Below, in pieces: positions 10,354-20,201 of a stretch of DNA of 64,000 bases. The stretch is from a virus, in IMG/VR virus record IMGVR_UViG_3300044655_001360; one strand, written 5' to 3'. The translations under genes and the position numbers were made by a program. The number at the start of each line of letters is the position of its first letter. Positions within the stretch are counted from its first letter, which is position 1. The notes beneath the pieces are model-generated. The model was not told the origin of the DNA and made no database searches. It saw only the letters and a list, made by a program, of their open reading frames with translations.

Positions 10354-12318
10354 ATGAGTGGATTTTTATCAGTATTAGTTTCATATGGCGCTACCGCAGT
10401 GAAGGCCGCGTATCAAAAGATAATTGCATCTGACACTGCTTCGCAGACAGGTGCAAACTTTGGTTCTGCCGTTGCATTGAGTGGTAATGGTAATTACATC
10501 GTCGTTGGATCCGCATTAGCTGGTTCGGCTGACGACGGTGCAGTCTATGTTTATTATAACAATAGCGGAACTTGGGAAGAACAGGCTAAATTGGTTGCAT
10601 CCAATGCCGTTGTTGGTGATTGGTTTGGTTGTGCAGTTGATATTACCAAAACCGGTGATAGAATTATCGTTGGTGCTCAGAAAGCCAACGCATTACCTTA
10701 CAACCAAGATAACTCAGGTGCTGCTTATATATTTCAACGGTCTGGTACTACATGGACTGAAGAATTATATTTGCCTGGTGGTAATGGTGGTTCTAATGAT
10801 TACTGTGGTAATTCGGTAGCAATTAATGACAATGGTACTGCTATTTTTGTTGGTGCCTATGGTGATGAAGGTGACGGTACTAATGTAGGGTTTGTGCACA
10901 CGTTTCTAATAAAAGGCAATACTTGGGCTGGATTAAAATGGAACACTGATGATGATATGTTACCAACATCAGCAACTGAAAGTAATTCTCATCATGGATG
11001 GTCGGTTGCATGCAATGCCAATGGTGAAAGATGTATCGAAGGTGGGCCAGGTGATAATAATCAAGGAAAAACTAATTCTGGTGTAGTTACTATTCATCGG
11101 AGAGCTAGTCTCACTGGGGCATGGACTAGAGATATCTGGTTAGAACCACCATACCCATCAAATGACGGTCAGTTTGGTTGGAGTGTTGCGATGGATGCTA
11201 TAGGTGATCGAGTTGTTATTGGTGCAATAGGTGAAAGTCCAACTGGAATTATAAGTGCTGGTGCTGCTTATATCTACAAAAGAACCGGCACCGTATGGGC
11301 TTTAGAAGCGCAATTGACTGCGGATGCCAAAGAAGCTGGTGATAAGTTCGGTTATTCGGTATCTATCAATGCAGCAGGTGATAAAGTTACCGTTGGAACG
11401 ATATACGCGAATATACCAACTAAAGCAGCTGCTGGCGTTGTGTATGTGTTTGAACGTAGTAGTTCAATCTGGACTCAGTCATCAAAACTAACAGCTGGTG
11501 ATGCTGAAGCTGGTGATAACTTAGGTAGTGCGGTATCATTAGATGATGCAGGAACGGGTGTAGTCGTTGGTTCACTTGGTAATGACCCGTTTGGTAGTAT
11601 AGATTCAGGCGCTGCGTATTATTTTCCGTTAACGGTTACGCCGCCATATGTTCCAGTAGATCCTTATTGGAATGATGTAGTGTTGTTAATAACTGCTGAC
11701 AATGGTGCACAAGGAAGTAAAATATTCGTTGATTTGTCAAAAAATAACATCGGATTGACTTCACATTTAGCGGTCGTCACAGATACCAGTATTAAGAAAT
11801 TTGGTTCTGGATCGATTGCATTCCCTACTGCTGGTTACCTGATAACACCAACTACTAGTATTTTAGATTTCACTGACGCGCTGATGACCATCGAGGCTTG
11901 GGTATATCCAACCTCATTCGCGGCACCGCACAGCTGTATCGTAATGAATCCGTCTGCTGCTTCTGGGAAAGGTTGGGAATTGCAAGTCGAAGACAATTCC
12001 CGGTTGACTTTTCAATATAATTTTGCAGTATCTGGTTCAGTATTAACCGGTGACCCGTTAAATCTTAACGAGTGGAATCACGTTGCTGTTACTTACGATG
12101 GTAGTACCATTCGATTGTATTCAAATGGCGTCTTGGGTAATTCTATCACAACCACATTACGTATGGGAACTGGTGGTATTCGGATTGGATGGCATGCTAG
12201 TACCGGAGGTGGTGATGCCGATTATCGAGGATTCATGGATGAAGTGCGAATAACGAAAGGTGTTGCTAGATATACCGGTGCAACTTACACTATTCCAACA
12301 AACTCATTCTATTCTTAA
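10354..12318 (+). CDS. FG-GAP repeat beta-propeller plus LamG/concanavalin A-like domain protein (virion adhesin)
   Basis: Seven FG-GAP repeats. C-terminal 'TIEAWVYP...WNHVAVTYDG...LY.NG...G.MDEVRITKG' is a LamG signature. Confidence 0.8.
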   Translation: MSGFLSVLVSYGATAVKAAYQKIIASDTASQTGANFGSAVALSGNGNYIVVGSALAGSADDGAVYVYYNNSGTWEEQAKLVASNAVVGDWFGCAVDITKTGDRIIVGAQKANALPYNQDNSGAAYIFQRSGTTWTEELYLPGGNGGSNDYCGNSVAINDNGTAIFVGAYGDEGDGTNVGFVHTFLIKGNTWAGLKWNTDDDMLPTSATESNSHHGWSVACNANGERCIEGGPGDNNQGKTNSGVVTIHRRASLTGAWTRDIWLEPPYPSNDGQFGWSVAMDAIGDRVVIGAIGESPTGIISAGAAYIYKRTGTVWALEAQLTADAKEAGDKFGYSVSINAAGDKVTVGTIYANIPTKAAAGVVYVFERSSSIWTQSSKLTAGDAEAGDNLGSAVSLDDAGTGVVVGSLGNDPFGSIDSGAAYYFPLTVTPPYVPVDPYWNDVVLLITADNGAQGSKIFVDLSKNNIGLTSHLAVVTDTSIKKFGSGSIAFPTAGYLITPTTSILDFTDALMTIEAWVYPTSFAAPHSCIVMNPSAASGKGWELQVEDNSRLTFQYNFAVSGSVLTGDPLNLNEWNHVAVTYDGSTIRLYSNGVLGNSITTTLRMGTGGIRIGWHASTGGGDADYRGFMDEVRITKGVARYTGATYTIPTNSFYS

Positions 12319-12320
12319 AC

Positions 12321-12355
12321 AAAAAAGCCCATCACGTTTTATGTGATGGGCTTTT
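12321..12355. terminator. Bidirectional rho-independent terminator between convergent genes
   Basis: AAAAAA-GCCCATCAC-loop-GTGATGGGC-TTTT. Confidence 0.85.
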
Positions 12356-12367
12356 CAACATTCAAAC

Positions 12368-13141
12368 TTATACGTCAGAAGTTTCCTTTGATTCAACTAC
12401 TTTAGAAGTAGTCTTAGCAACGGTTTTAGCTACTGTTTTTACAGGAGCTTTAGTAGCAGTCTTTGCAGCAGGTTTAGCCTGTGCTTTTACTGCTGGTTTG
12501 GCTTCAACTGCTGCAACCACATCAGGTGGATCTAAGTCATCAGCTTGTTTTCGTAACTCAGCAGCCTCTTTCAAAAGAGATTCTGCTTGGCTACGATAGC
12601 TTTTAGCAATATCTGCATCTGATAATACAGCATTTGCATTGGCTTGTAGCGGCGCAACTGCGGCTTGTGCTCTAGCTGGTTCACCAACATCACGACCAAC
12701 ATCTTTAACTGGTTCAGCGGCTTCATTTGCAGCAGCATTTGCTTTAGCACCAGAAACAAACTGGCACAAATCATCAACTGCACAATTACGTTGTTCTGCA
12801 ATTAAAACATTCAAATCTGACAACAAGATTTCATCATTCAACGTAGGCATCATCATAACTGAATCAGTTGGTACTTTATGTAACAACCCATCAGCACGTA
12901 ATGCACGTAACATTGGACGACCATCTGGGAACATACGAGTGAATAAGATTTCACCAAACTCAAATGATTCTTGTGCTTGAATTGTTTCAACCAACTGATT
13001 AACTGCATCATGATACAAATCTGACAAACCAGCAGTTGGTAATACTAAAGCACTGTCTGAATCACCTGGTAATGTTCTGAATATAACAAGAACATTTTCC
13101 TTGGTTTTTGCAATTTTACCAATGTGTTTGAGAGTTCTCAT
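12368..13141 (-). CDS. Conserved-type hypothetical phage protein with an A/K/T-rich histone-H1-like C-terminal tail
   Basis: 257-aa ORF with C-terminal PAAKTATKAPVKTVAKTVAK repeats. Confidence 0.6.
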   Translation of the reverse strand: MRTLKHIGKIAKTKENVLVIFRTLPGDSDSALVLPTAGLSDLYHDAVNQLVETIQAQESFEFGEILFTRMFPDGRPMLRALRADGLLHKVPTDSVMMMPTLNDEILLSDLNVLIAEQRNCAVDDLCQFVSGAKANAAANEAAEPVKDVGRDVGEPARAQAAVAPLQANANAVLSDADIAKSYRSQAESLLKEAAELRKQADDLDPPDVVAAVEAKPAVKAQAKPAAKTATKAPVKTVAKTVAKTTSKVVESKETSDV

Positions 13142-13147
13142 GATTGA

Positions 13148-13420
13148 TTAGCCTTGTGATGCAGCAGCGTCTAAGAAAGTAGATAATTTGTTGAATGCTT
13201 TACCAACAGATTCCAATTCAGCTGCTTTGAATGTACCACGTTGTGATGCCACTTCAATGATTTGACGTAATACAGCTAAGTCATTTAAAGTTAATTCAGG
13301 AGCAGGTGCTGCATCAGCTGCTTGTGTAGATGCTTCTGCTGCGGTTGTAGTAGTTGTAGTATCAACAGTTTCTGTAGATTCTACGGTTGCGGTTGTTGCT
13401 TCTAATACAGCTTCAGTCAT
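13148..13420 (-). CDS. Hypothetical protein
   Basis: 90-aa ORF with an AGAGG RBS, in an operon. Confidence 0.6.
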   Translation of the reverse strand: MTEAVLEATTATVESTETVDTTTTTTAAEASTQAADAAPAPELTLNDLAVLRQIIEVASQRGTFKAAELESVGKAFNKLSTFLDAAASQG

Positions 13421-13421
13421 T

Positions 13422-13679
13422 TTAATTTCCTCTAAAGAATGTGCATGCTAACGCGAAATACGTGAGTTCATGCATGTTTTCAAAAGCCACATATGTGGCG
13501 GTTTTTCCAGAATCCTTGTTATTACTAGGATATCTAACTATACAAAATCGTCCTGAAAGTCTATTTCGAATCCATTCTCTTACTTCAGATTCCTTATCAT
13601 AACACATCTCGATTTTATGGAAATGTGGTGGTAAGGTTTTTAATTCTCTTTTCTTTACAATATCTAGTGGAGTATACAC
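13422..13679 (-). CDS. Hypothetical protein
   Basis: 85-aa ORF tightly packed in the operon. Confidence 0.55.
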   Translation of the reverse strand: MYTPLDIVKKRELKTLPPHFHKIEMCYDKESEVREWIRNRLSGRFCIVRYPSNNKDSGKTATYVAFENMHELTYFALACTFFRGN

Positions 13680-13684
13680 GATAT

Positions 13685-14080
13685 TTAGTCTCCGATTTCT
13701 TGCTGGAATTTCTTAGCAGATGCTTTGTTATTACCCATCTTCTTAAGATCACCATCGAATATCATCAATTCAAATGCCATTTTCTCACAGAATACAACAA
13801 TTATACCATGTTTTGCGAACCATGGGCAAGTAATAAACTCATCTAATTGCAACAAAAGTTGAGCAGTTACATCACCTTCGATCTTTAAATTGACTTCATA
13901 AGATGTAATATTAGCACGATAAAGTAAAAATTGCAACCCTTTTTCGGTTAATCTTAAACCTCGATTAGTTGCTCTTAGGTTGGCCCACCAGCGACTTCTA
14001 TGTTCTTTAACAGAAATGTCGTCAACTGGCAGTCCTGCTACCTCGAGGAATATCCTAGTGTACTTGGATTTCAAGTCCAC
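13685..14080 (-). CDS. Hypothetical protein
   Basis: 131-aa ORF whose start overlaps the upstream stop. Confidence 0.55.
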   Translation of the reverse strand: MDLKSKYTRIFLEVAGLPVDDISVKEHRSRWWANLRATNRGLRLTEKGLQFLLYRANITSYEVNLKIEGDVTAQLLLQLDEFITCPWFAKHGIIVVFCEKMAFELMIFDGDLKKMGNNKASAKKFQQEIGD

Positions 14081-14316
14081 TAGAAACCACCACCATCAAA
14101 CTTAACTTCAACTGATGTAGAAGATTCTTTGATTTCAGCCAACATGCTATGAATTTCAGTAACTGTTTTACCTAGATTCATAGTCATACCAGCCAATTCA
14201 GTGGCTAACTCACGAGCTTCTTGTATAGAAAGTCGAATATCTTTCTGTTGAGATTTCTCAGCAGCTGCAACTCGTTGAAACAATCTTTCAATTGTCGGCA
14301 AAGTCATGTTGCTCAT
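14080..14316 (-). CDS. Hypothetical protein
   Basis: 78-aa ORF with a GGAG RBS. Confidence 0.55.
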   Translation of the reverse strand: MSNMTLPTIERLFQRVAAAEKSQQKDIRLSIQEARELATELAGMTMNLGKTVTEIHSMLAEIKESSTSVEVKFDGGGF

Positions 14317-15307
14317 GTTTTACTCCGTTTGTGGTATATGAAGCACCTAATGGAGATGCATACTTAATGGATTGGTCTGAAATCTTCTTTAAATCATACA
14401 ATCCGCAAAACTTAATTAACCTAGAACCCACTTGATTAATAGACTTTGGTTCAACTGACCGAATAGTTTCATCAATAATAGCACGTACATCAGCTGGCTG
14501 TTTAGTCAAATCAATCAGGGTACAATTACGATTATAATCATCTAAAACACGATGGTCAGTACCGTTGTGATCTGTCCATTTCTGCAACATTAGATTATTC
14601 CAACTGAAACCTTTATGTTTTTTGTCTTCAAATGCTTCAAGTAAACCAACTTTGTTTTTAGTTCCTTTGGTACGAACCCCAGGATAAGCAGAAAACACAT
14701 TATCTGACGTATCACCACGTATACATTTTTCAAATAGCAACCATTGTGGATCTGGTGGTGGTTTTGGTAAGTTTGTTTTCTTATCAATAACTAACTTACC
14801 TTTTACATCAAAGAAACCACTTTCACATACGGTAGTTTCACTAACACCGTTATACTGACGTACATTCGGTGCAATTAACTGATAAAAATCACTATCTGTA
14901 CTAATAATAACATGATTATCATTGGGATGGTTTTGAATCCAACCAGCAATCAAGTCATCTGCTTCTAAACGAGGATGTTGTAATACTGTACAGTTAGTCT
15001 TTTCAGTTAAGAAGTTTGCTAACTTTTCATACGCTTCCCAGAAAACCTTTTCTTCAATGGCTTCTTTTTCAGTGTGTGCTGCTCTGGTATCAGAACGATT
15101 ACGTTTATAAGGTGGATAGAAGTCTTTACGCCAACTACGACCTTCTAAGAAGACAACCACATGACTGCCATCGAAGTCTTCCCATGCTTTCTTGATAGAA
15201 TGCAACGTAATATGAAATGCCATACCTAATTTAAGGTCAACATCCCCATTAATAGAGAATCTTGCTCTATAAAACGTATTTGATAAATCAACTAGGATGT
15301 GGCTCAT
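14288..15307 (-). CDS. rnh: T4 RNase H-like 5'-3' exonuclease (FEN/PIN family)
   Basis: Motifs LVD, WRK..YP.YK.NR, EADDLI, STDSDFYQL, GD.SDN. Confidence 0.9.
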   Translation of the reverse strand: MSHILVDLSNTFYRARFSINGDVDLKLGMAFHITLHSIKKAWEDFDGSHVVVFLEGRSWRKDFYPPYKRNRSDTRAAHTEKEAIEEKVFWEAYEKLANFLTEKTNCTVLQHPRLEADDLIAGWIQNHPNDNHVIISTDSDFYQLIAPNVRQYNGVSETTVCESGFFDVKGKLVIDKKTNLPKPPPDPQWLLFEKCIRGDTSDNVFSAYPGVRTKGTKNKVGLLEAFEDKKHKGFSWNNLMLQKWTDHNGTDHRVLDDYNRNCTLIDLTKQPADVRAIIDETIRSVEPKSINQVGSRLIKFCGLYDLKKISDQSIKYASPLGASYTTNGVKHEQHDFADN

Positions 15308-15798
15308 GCGTTTGCTCTCAAAACAGAGGCAATATCAAGTGTACCAGTAGTAATGTCACTTGGGTAATCATCTTCCATTACAACATTAGCACATAATTCT
15401 TTAAACCAACGATCGATAATACTTTCATCAGAATCGCCATTAGCACCATAGCCGTTATTTCTCAATTGGGTGATAAACATATCATTCCAATCAAGTTCAA
15501 AGAACCCATTACGGATATTATCAGCATTTACATGAGTTTCAAGTACACCAACCCAAGGTTCGCCATTGGCGGTTGCCTTATCTTTAGGTGATGCGTAATT
15601 GGCTTGTTGCTGCTCTGCTTTGATAATAGCTTCTTCTGCTTCGGCTTTTGCTTGTTCAGCAGCTTTAGTTGCTTTCTCAGCAGACTTAATCTTTTTCTGA
15701 AGTCTAGCCTCTGCTTCTTCTAATTGTTTAATAGTTGCTGCTGCAGTTTCTTCCATTGCAGCAATACCTGTTATCTTTCTAAGTGCGTCTTTAATCAT
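15304..15798 (-). CDS. Hypothetical protein with N-terminal coiled coil
   Basis: 164-aa ORF overlapping the rnh start (ATGA). Confidence 0.6.
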   Translation of the reverse strand: MIKDALRKITGIAAMEETAAATIKQLEEAEARLQKKIKSAEKATKAAEQAKAEAEEAIIKAEQQQANYASPKDKATANGEPWVGVLETHVNADNIRNGFFELDWNDMFITQLRNNGYGANGDSDESIIDRWFKELCANVVMEDDYPSDITTGTLDIASVLRANA

Positions 15799-15850
15799 TA
15801 TTGATTCCCGTATTGGTGGAAAACCGTGGGTAGATAACTACCCACACGTA

Positions 15851-16183
15851 TTACTTTGTATTTAATATGAACTGAGCAGACCAACCAGCTTTGACTGGCG
15901 TTAATTTCGTCAAACCTTTCATGGTTTCATAATACACCACTGAATCTACTGGAGTCAAGTCTAATGGCCAGTCAATGATCTCATCATACGAACTAAAGTC
16001 TAATTGCGTAGAATCTACCACATAATCAACTCGTTTAATAGTCCAAGATCCATCTTTATTATCAATCCATTCTACGTCATCACCACCGTTTAAGTCAACT
16101 GTATCTAAAAGATCATCAGGTAAGATGATAAAGTGTGAATCGGTTGTTTCGTCGTATTGTACTTCTGTTGTCCACTGCTTCAT
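15851..16183 (-). CDS. AbrB/MazE-like small DNA-binding protein
   Basis: 'IILPDDLL...L..GD.VEW' swapped-hairpin motif. Start taken at MKQW (ATGA overlap with the upstream stop). Confidence 0.5.
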   Translation of the reverse strand: MKQWTTEVQYDETTDSHFIILPDDLLDTVDLNGGDDVEWIDNKDGSWTIKRVDYVVDSTQLDFSSYDEIIDWPLDLTPVDSVVYYETMKGLTKLTPVKAGWSAQFILNTK

Positions 16184-16689
16184 ACTTGCCACCATCTTGA
16201 ATAAGGAAAAGTTATAAGGTATTCTTCTTTTTGGTAATGCATTTCAAAACCACAAAAGTCAATATTTTTGTTAAACTTACTAGTGGTATTATCAGCTACT
16301 ACTGCAAATTTAACGTTTGAGTTCCAAATGGAATCCCATTCAGGAGAATCTGGTAAACAAGCAGATTGCCAATCATCAACAATCCAGTTTAGGGTTTCAC
16401 CAGTTTCGTTTAAGTCATCAACTACTAGGATATTATTACGTTCACCTGATTCACCAAACACATCACATGGAATCCAGCAGTTATGCTCAGTATTTGAATG
16501 GGTGTGCAAGTTTACGCCAACTGAATGGTAGGGCACATCAAAATATTGGCTAATCATTACTGCTGGAACTGCACCACCACGGCCAATACCAACAACATAA
16601 TCAGGTTTCCAATTGGTTTTTGCGATTTTTCTACAGATATTAGCAACATATCCGTTAAACTCTCGCTGGTCAATTGTTATTAATTCCAT
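16180..16689 (-). CDS. Phosphoribosyltransferase-family protein
   Basis: VGIGRGG and ILVVDDLNETGET (PRPP-binding loop). Confidence 0.85.
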   Translation of the reverse strand: MELITIDQREFNGYVANICRKIAKTNWKPDYVVGIGRGGAVPAVMISQYFDVPYHSVGVNLHTHSNTEHNCWIPCDVFGESGERNNILVVDDLNETGETLNWIVDDWQSACLPDSPEWDSIWNSNVKFAVVADNTTSKFNKNIDFCGFEMHYQKEEYLITFPYSRWWQV

Positions 16690-16716
16690 CTTTCACCTCT
16701 TGATTTGTAAAAGCCT

Positions 16717-16745
16717 AGTTTAGTCTAAAAGATAATAGAAGTCAA
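16717..16745 (-). promoter_or_regulatory. Sigma70-like promoter with the 12-mer box in its spacer
   Basis: TTGACT-N17-TAAACT; the spacer contains ATTATCTTTTAG. Confidence 0.7.
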
Positions 16746-16748
16746 CCA

Positions 16749-17102
16749 TTAAATCCATCCGCATGGAGTATACCGTTCAGCCCATCGCCAATAAAGACCT
16801 ACCTTTGGTATATGCTTATCAGCAAATCTTCTTTCAGCAGAAGTCCATTTTGATTGAATCGGTAATGGTGCATGATAAGCTAGATAATGCAATTGACCAT
16901 GTATTTTCATCAAGGTTTTGCGATTTATAGTAGTTTGACTTTCCCAACCATAATACTTCTCAAACGCATAGTTTTCCCATTGACCTCTAAGTTTGGCTTT
17001 AAGTTTGAATATTGGACAGAAATACTGTGGTCTAAATCTAATAGTATAAGGAGCAGTGTCGTTTTCAACTGCATCGAAGAATTCTTCAGGAGTCATAATC
17101 AC
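16749..17102 (-). CDS. Hypothetical protein
   Basis: 117-aa ORF with a GAGGTG RBS. Confidence 0.55.
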   Translation of the reverse strand: MIMTPEEFFDAVENDTAPYTIRFRPQYFCPIFKLKAKLRGQWENYAFEKYYGWESQTTINRKTLMKIHGQLHYLAYHAPLPIQSKWTSAERRFADKHIPKVGLYWRWAERYTPCGWI

Positions 17103-17145
17103 CTCAAATTAAAAGAGCAGATTATCTAATCTGCTCTTGTCTGTT

Positions 17146-17376
17146 TTACGAATTTTGGTATTTCTTGTTTCTAGGATTATTACCTAGATACGGTTTTCGC
17201 GGACGTTTACTTGTAAGATAGGCAGTGTAATTTGCAGAATCTCTGCGATATAACTCCGCTGGGTTGTACTCTCTTAACTCTAAACGGCAGAAATCAAGAT
17301 ATGAATCTAAATCGTCAAAGATTTGGTCAACTGTACGTCGTCCATGATAAAAAACTGATGGTTCAATAGTAGCCAT
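17146..17376 (-). CDS. Hypothetical protein
   Basis: 76-aa ORF with an AGGA RBS, an upstream CTAAATA and a downstream hairpin terminator. Confidence 0.6.
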   Translation of the reverse strand: MATIEPSVFYHGRRTVDQIFDDLDSYLDFCRLELREYNPAELYRRDSANYTAYLTSKRPRKPYLGNNPRNKKYQNS

Positions 17377-17443
17377 TGTTTGGTTCCTAATTGTGTTATT
17401 GAAAAGGGTTTAAATTGCTTACTTAAGCAATAGTATTTAGCCC

Positions 17444-18040
17444 TTACAATGACTTCGTTGTTATTGTCATCCTTCGCATTTTCCCAACTTTTGCAGGAGT
17501 CCAGATAATATCACCCATCTTAGCATAGAATGATTTCCAATATCCTACGTCTGGAATGTGCTGCGTCGTTCGTTTTTCAAAATCAACGTAGTACACCTGT
17601 AGACCCTTATCAAATGCCTTTGGGATTAGACCCATCCAATATCGCGCACCGTCCCAAGACTGTCGAGAGTCAGTTAATACGGTTCCGTATGTCGGTATTA
17701 AATATTCAAAGAACACCTTATCAGGTAATCCGGTGGTGATTGGATCAATCTTAGAATGCCACACACTAGCTTGCCACACAAAGGTACCAATCAACGGATC
17801 GGTTTTTGTATTAAATTCCATATCATACGTCACTCGTTGGATGCTAGAATCTAAACAATAGATTTCCTTCGAATGAATATAAACCTTTGAAGTAGCTGAT
17901 AATGAAAATAATTCATCCTTGTTTGGCATTCGAGAAAACTGCAAATACAATTCATGATTATTTTCTTTGTTATGCAACTCATTTGGTTTATACGTGCTAA
18001 ACGTCTGTGGCATTTCGTTAATGAATTCCGATGCTTTCAT
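17444..18040 (-). CDS. Probable internal head protein, paralogue of 27784..28404 (possible GNAT-like fold)
   Basis: Leader MKASEFINE. Shares 'DS.Q..DG..[YF]W......AF..GL.VYY.D' with 27784..28404. Confidence 0.5.
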   Translation of the reverse strand: MKASEFINEMPQTFSTYKPNELHNKENNHELYLQFSRMPNKDELFSLSATSKVYIHSKEIYCLDSSIQRVTYDMEFNTKTDPLIGTFVWQASVWHSKIDPITTGLPDKVFFEYLIPTYGTVLTDSRQSWDGARYWMGLIPKAFDKGLQVYYVDFEKRTTQHIPDVGYWKSFYAKMGDIIWTPAKVGKMRRMTITTKSL

Positions 18041-18043
18041 AAA

Positions 18044-18235
18044 TCACCAATTACTCACATCTGTAATATCAATCGTAATTTGCAATGAACCATGTTCAAA
18101 CTTAACATAATCATTAACCCCAATACCAGATTCGGATTTCTCCCAAATCTCAAACTGTGGTATATCTTCAAACCTATCAGCGATTTCACTCAACTTACTG
18201 ATCTGTTCACGGGTTAATATCGTAACTCTTTGCAT
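18044..18235 (-). CDS. Hypothetical protein
   Basis: 63-aa ORF with a GGAG RBS. Confidence 0.55.
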   Translation of the reverse strand: MQRVTILTREQISKLSEIADRFEDIPQFEIWEKSESGIGVNDYVKFEHGSLQITIDITDVSNW

Positions 18236-18276
18236 AATGTCTCCGAAAAAGGGTGGCTATTAACCACCCTAAAAGA

Positions 18277-19017
18277 TTACTTACTAGATAATGCAGGTAA
18301 GATGTACTTATATACCGCAATACCACTATCAACAATAATTTGCATCGCACCAACATCAGAAATGTTCATAGTTTTAGTACCAGCTAATCCAAGAATCTGA
18401 ATGATTTGATGCACTGGCCAAGACCAAGTATATTTTAAGGATTCAGTAGCAGTAACTGTATGGAATATAAAACTACCAGCATGAGTAGATGCATCACCAA
18501 AACTAACGATTAAGTTATTGTTCTTTGTACTTATTTCCAGAACTGGTTCTTGTGAATGAGCCGTACTTTGATACTTCAAACGCGTAATACTTGCAATAGT
18601 CGGTTCAAATGAAATCTTCCATTGTGCGCCATTGAATATAGCATTCTTGATCTTTTCGTTAATAACCGCAGTACTCATAAAACGGTAGTCATTTGAAAAG
18701 TCACCTGCTGCATTTTCAAAATGTAGGGAAGTAGGTACTTCAACTCCGTCACGTACTTCACGTACAACTTCAATTTTGCCATCTTCACGGTATTCAGGAC
18801 ATTTTAAATGAATGTTTAGTTTATCTAAGTTGGGTAAACCAAATACACCTTCGAATTCTGCAACTGGCTTATGTACTTCAGCCTGCAAAATAACCGATTT
18901 ATCTTCGGCAATAGATTCAATAGAAGTTGAAGTTGGTGTTCCAGTTACTTTTACTGTTGGTAAAATGCCTAATGAATGAGTGTGTGCTACGATGTCTTGT
19001 AGAGTATCTTTAATCAT
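18277..19017 (-). CDS. Probable DNA polymerase sliding clamp (gp45/PCNA-like)
   Basis: About 246 aa with an alpha/beta pattern, adjacent to polB, with a clamp loader in the window. Start taken at MIKDTL. The function is inferred, with no decisive motif. Confidence 0.45.
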   Translation of the reverse strand: MIKDTLQDIVAHTHSLGILPTVKVTGTPTSTSIESIAEDKSVILQAEVHKPVAEFEGVFGLPNLDKLNIHLKCPEYREDGKIEVVREVRDGVEVPTSLHFENAAGDFSNDYRFMSTAVINEKIKNAIFNGAQWKISFEPTIASITRLKYQSTAHSQEPVLEISTKNNNLIVSFGDASTHAGSFIFHTVTATESLKYTWSWPVHQIIQILGLAGTKTMNISDVGAMQIIVDSGIAVYKYILPALSSK

Positions 19018-19083
19018 AATATAATCTCGAGGTTTGAAGTTAAAATAATCCACATATAAGTGGAATCTGGTACTGCTTTGTGT

Positions 19084-19112
19084 AGTTTAATAGTTTGTCA
19101 CTGGATTGTCAA
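19084..19112 (-). promoter_or_regulatory. Sigma70-like promoter
   Basis: TTGACA-N17-TAAACT. Confidence 0.7.
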
Positions 19113-19154
19113 GTTAAATATGTACCTAGTGGATACTAGGTACAATATACCAAT

Positions 19155-19176
19155 GCGAGGCGCGTTAGTGCCGAGC
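19155..19176 (+). repeat. Hairpin element, copy 1
   Basis: GCGAG GCGC GTTA GTGC CGAGC (one G.T pair on this strand). Confidence 0.75.
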
Positions 19177-19181
19177 CTTAG

Positions 19182-20201
19182 TTAAAAAGAAAACAACGAA
19201 TTGAAGAAGTTATCCTGACGAGTTTCACTCAAATCCCAGTTGAGTACACCAATCAAGTTGTCCAACTTGTCATCAATCAACTTCTCTTCCATGATAGCTT
19301 CATCAAATGGAAGTTCCTTAAACCATTGAGGTAAACGTTGTTCATCAACTGGATACGCTACGCTCTTGAATCCCATCGGGTTATCTTTAAGTGTACAAAC
19401 CACCACTTTGGAACCATCGATAATAGACATAGTATACTTGTCACTATTCATGCGTTTTAAGGTATTCCAATTGATACTAGCTCTGACTTGACCTGGCATC
19501 GTTGCTTTGCCTTTATCGGTTAATAACGTACCATACTTGGTAATGTTATTAGCTCGTTTTGGTGAACCCTTTTCCCAACCATTCCATTTCTTGAATTCTT
19601 GTCTGAATTCGGTAATGTAATTGATTGTATCCTCTTGTGGTTTGCCATTGAGAACCATATCTAATACATTACTTAAGAAGTCTTGAATTGCCGGTGGCGT
19701 GTCAGATCGTCTTAAGTCCAAACCCATTGCTTTTACTTTACCAGCTTTGCCATTCACATCCATACGTTTACCTTCCTTGTCGAAGTAAAGAACCGCGTAT
19801 CGTTTTTTGGTGATGAACAGCGCTTTAGAACCAATGATCTCGCGGCCTGCTTTGATTACTGAACCACGTGCTTTTGGGCAATGAAATGCAGTAGACATGA
19901 ATTTTGGGAAAGTCTCGTTAACTTCCTCACCAATCGCATCATAAAACTGAATGATTGATTCTTTATCCCATGGGATTTGACCAGAATCAATCAATGGTTT
20001 CAATGTTGGGTATGCAGAGAAATACACCGAGTTATGAATTAAAATGTCGTTACCAAAAAACCATGGATGATCTTCGTTTTTCATACCAATGTCATATACA
20101 TATTCATCCTCTGCTTTTCTTAGAAGTTTAACTGACTTCACTTTTCCACGGTGTAAACTTATTGTGTTAGTTTGTTGCATAATACCATTCCTTAATTTCA
20201 T
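19182..20201 (-). CDS. polB: Family B DNA polymerase, C-terminal part, with N-terminal split-intein C-fragment (20031..20201)
   Basis: 'YVYDIGM...FFGNDILIHN|SVYF' gives intein blocks F/G plus the +1 Ser. Followed by PolB motifs KKRYA and KAMGLD..RSD. The real start may be MQQTN at 20180. Confidence 0.93.
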   Translation of the reverse strand: MKLRNGIMQQTNTISLHRGKVKSVKLLRKAEDEYVYDIGMKNEDHPWFFGNDILIHNSVYFSAYPTLKPLIDSGQIPWDKESIIQFYDAIGEEVNETFPKFMSTAFHCPKARGSVIKAGREIIGSKALFITKKRYAVLYFDKEGKRMDVNGKAGKVKAMGLDLRRSDTPPAIQDFLSNVLDMVLNGKPQEDTINYITEFRQEFKKWNGWEKGSPKRANNITKYGTLLTDKGKATMPGQVRASINWNTLKRMNSDKYTMSIIDGSKVVVCTLKDNPMGFKSVAYPVDEQRLPQWFKELPFDEAIMEEKLIDDKLDNLIGVLNWDLSETRQDNFFNSLFSF

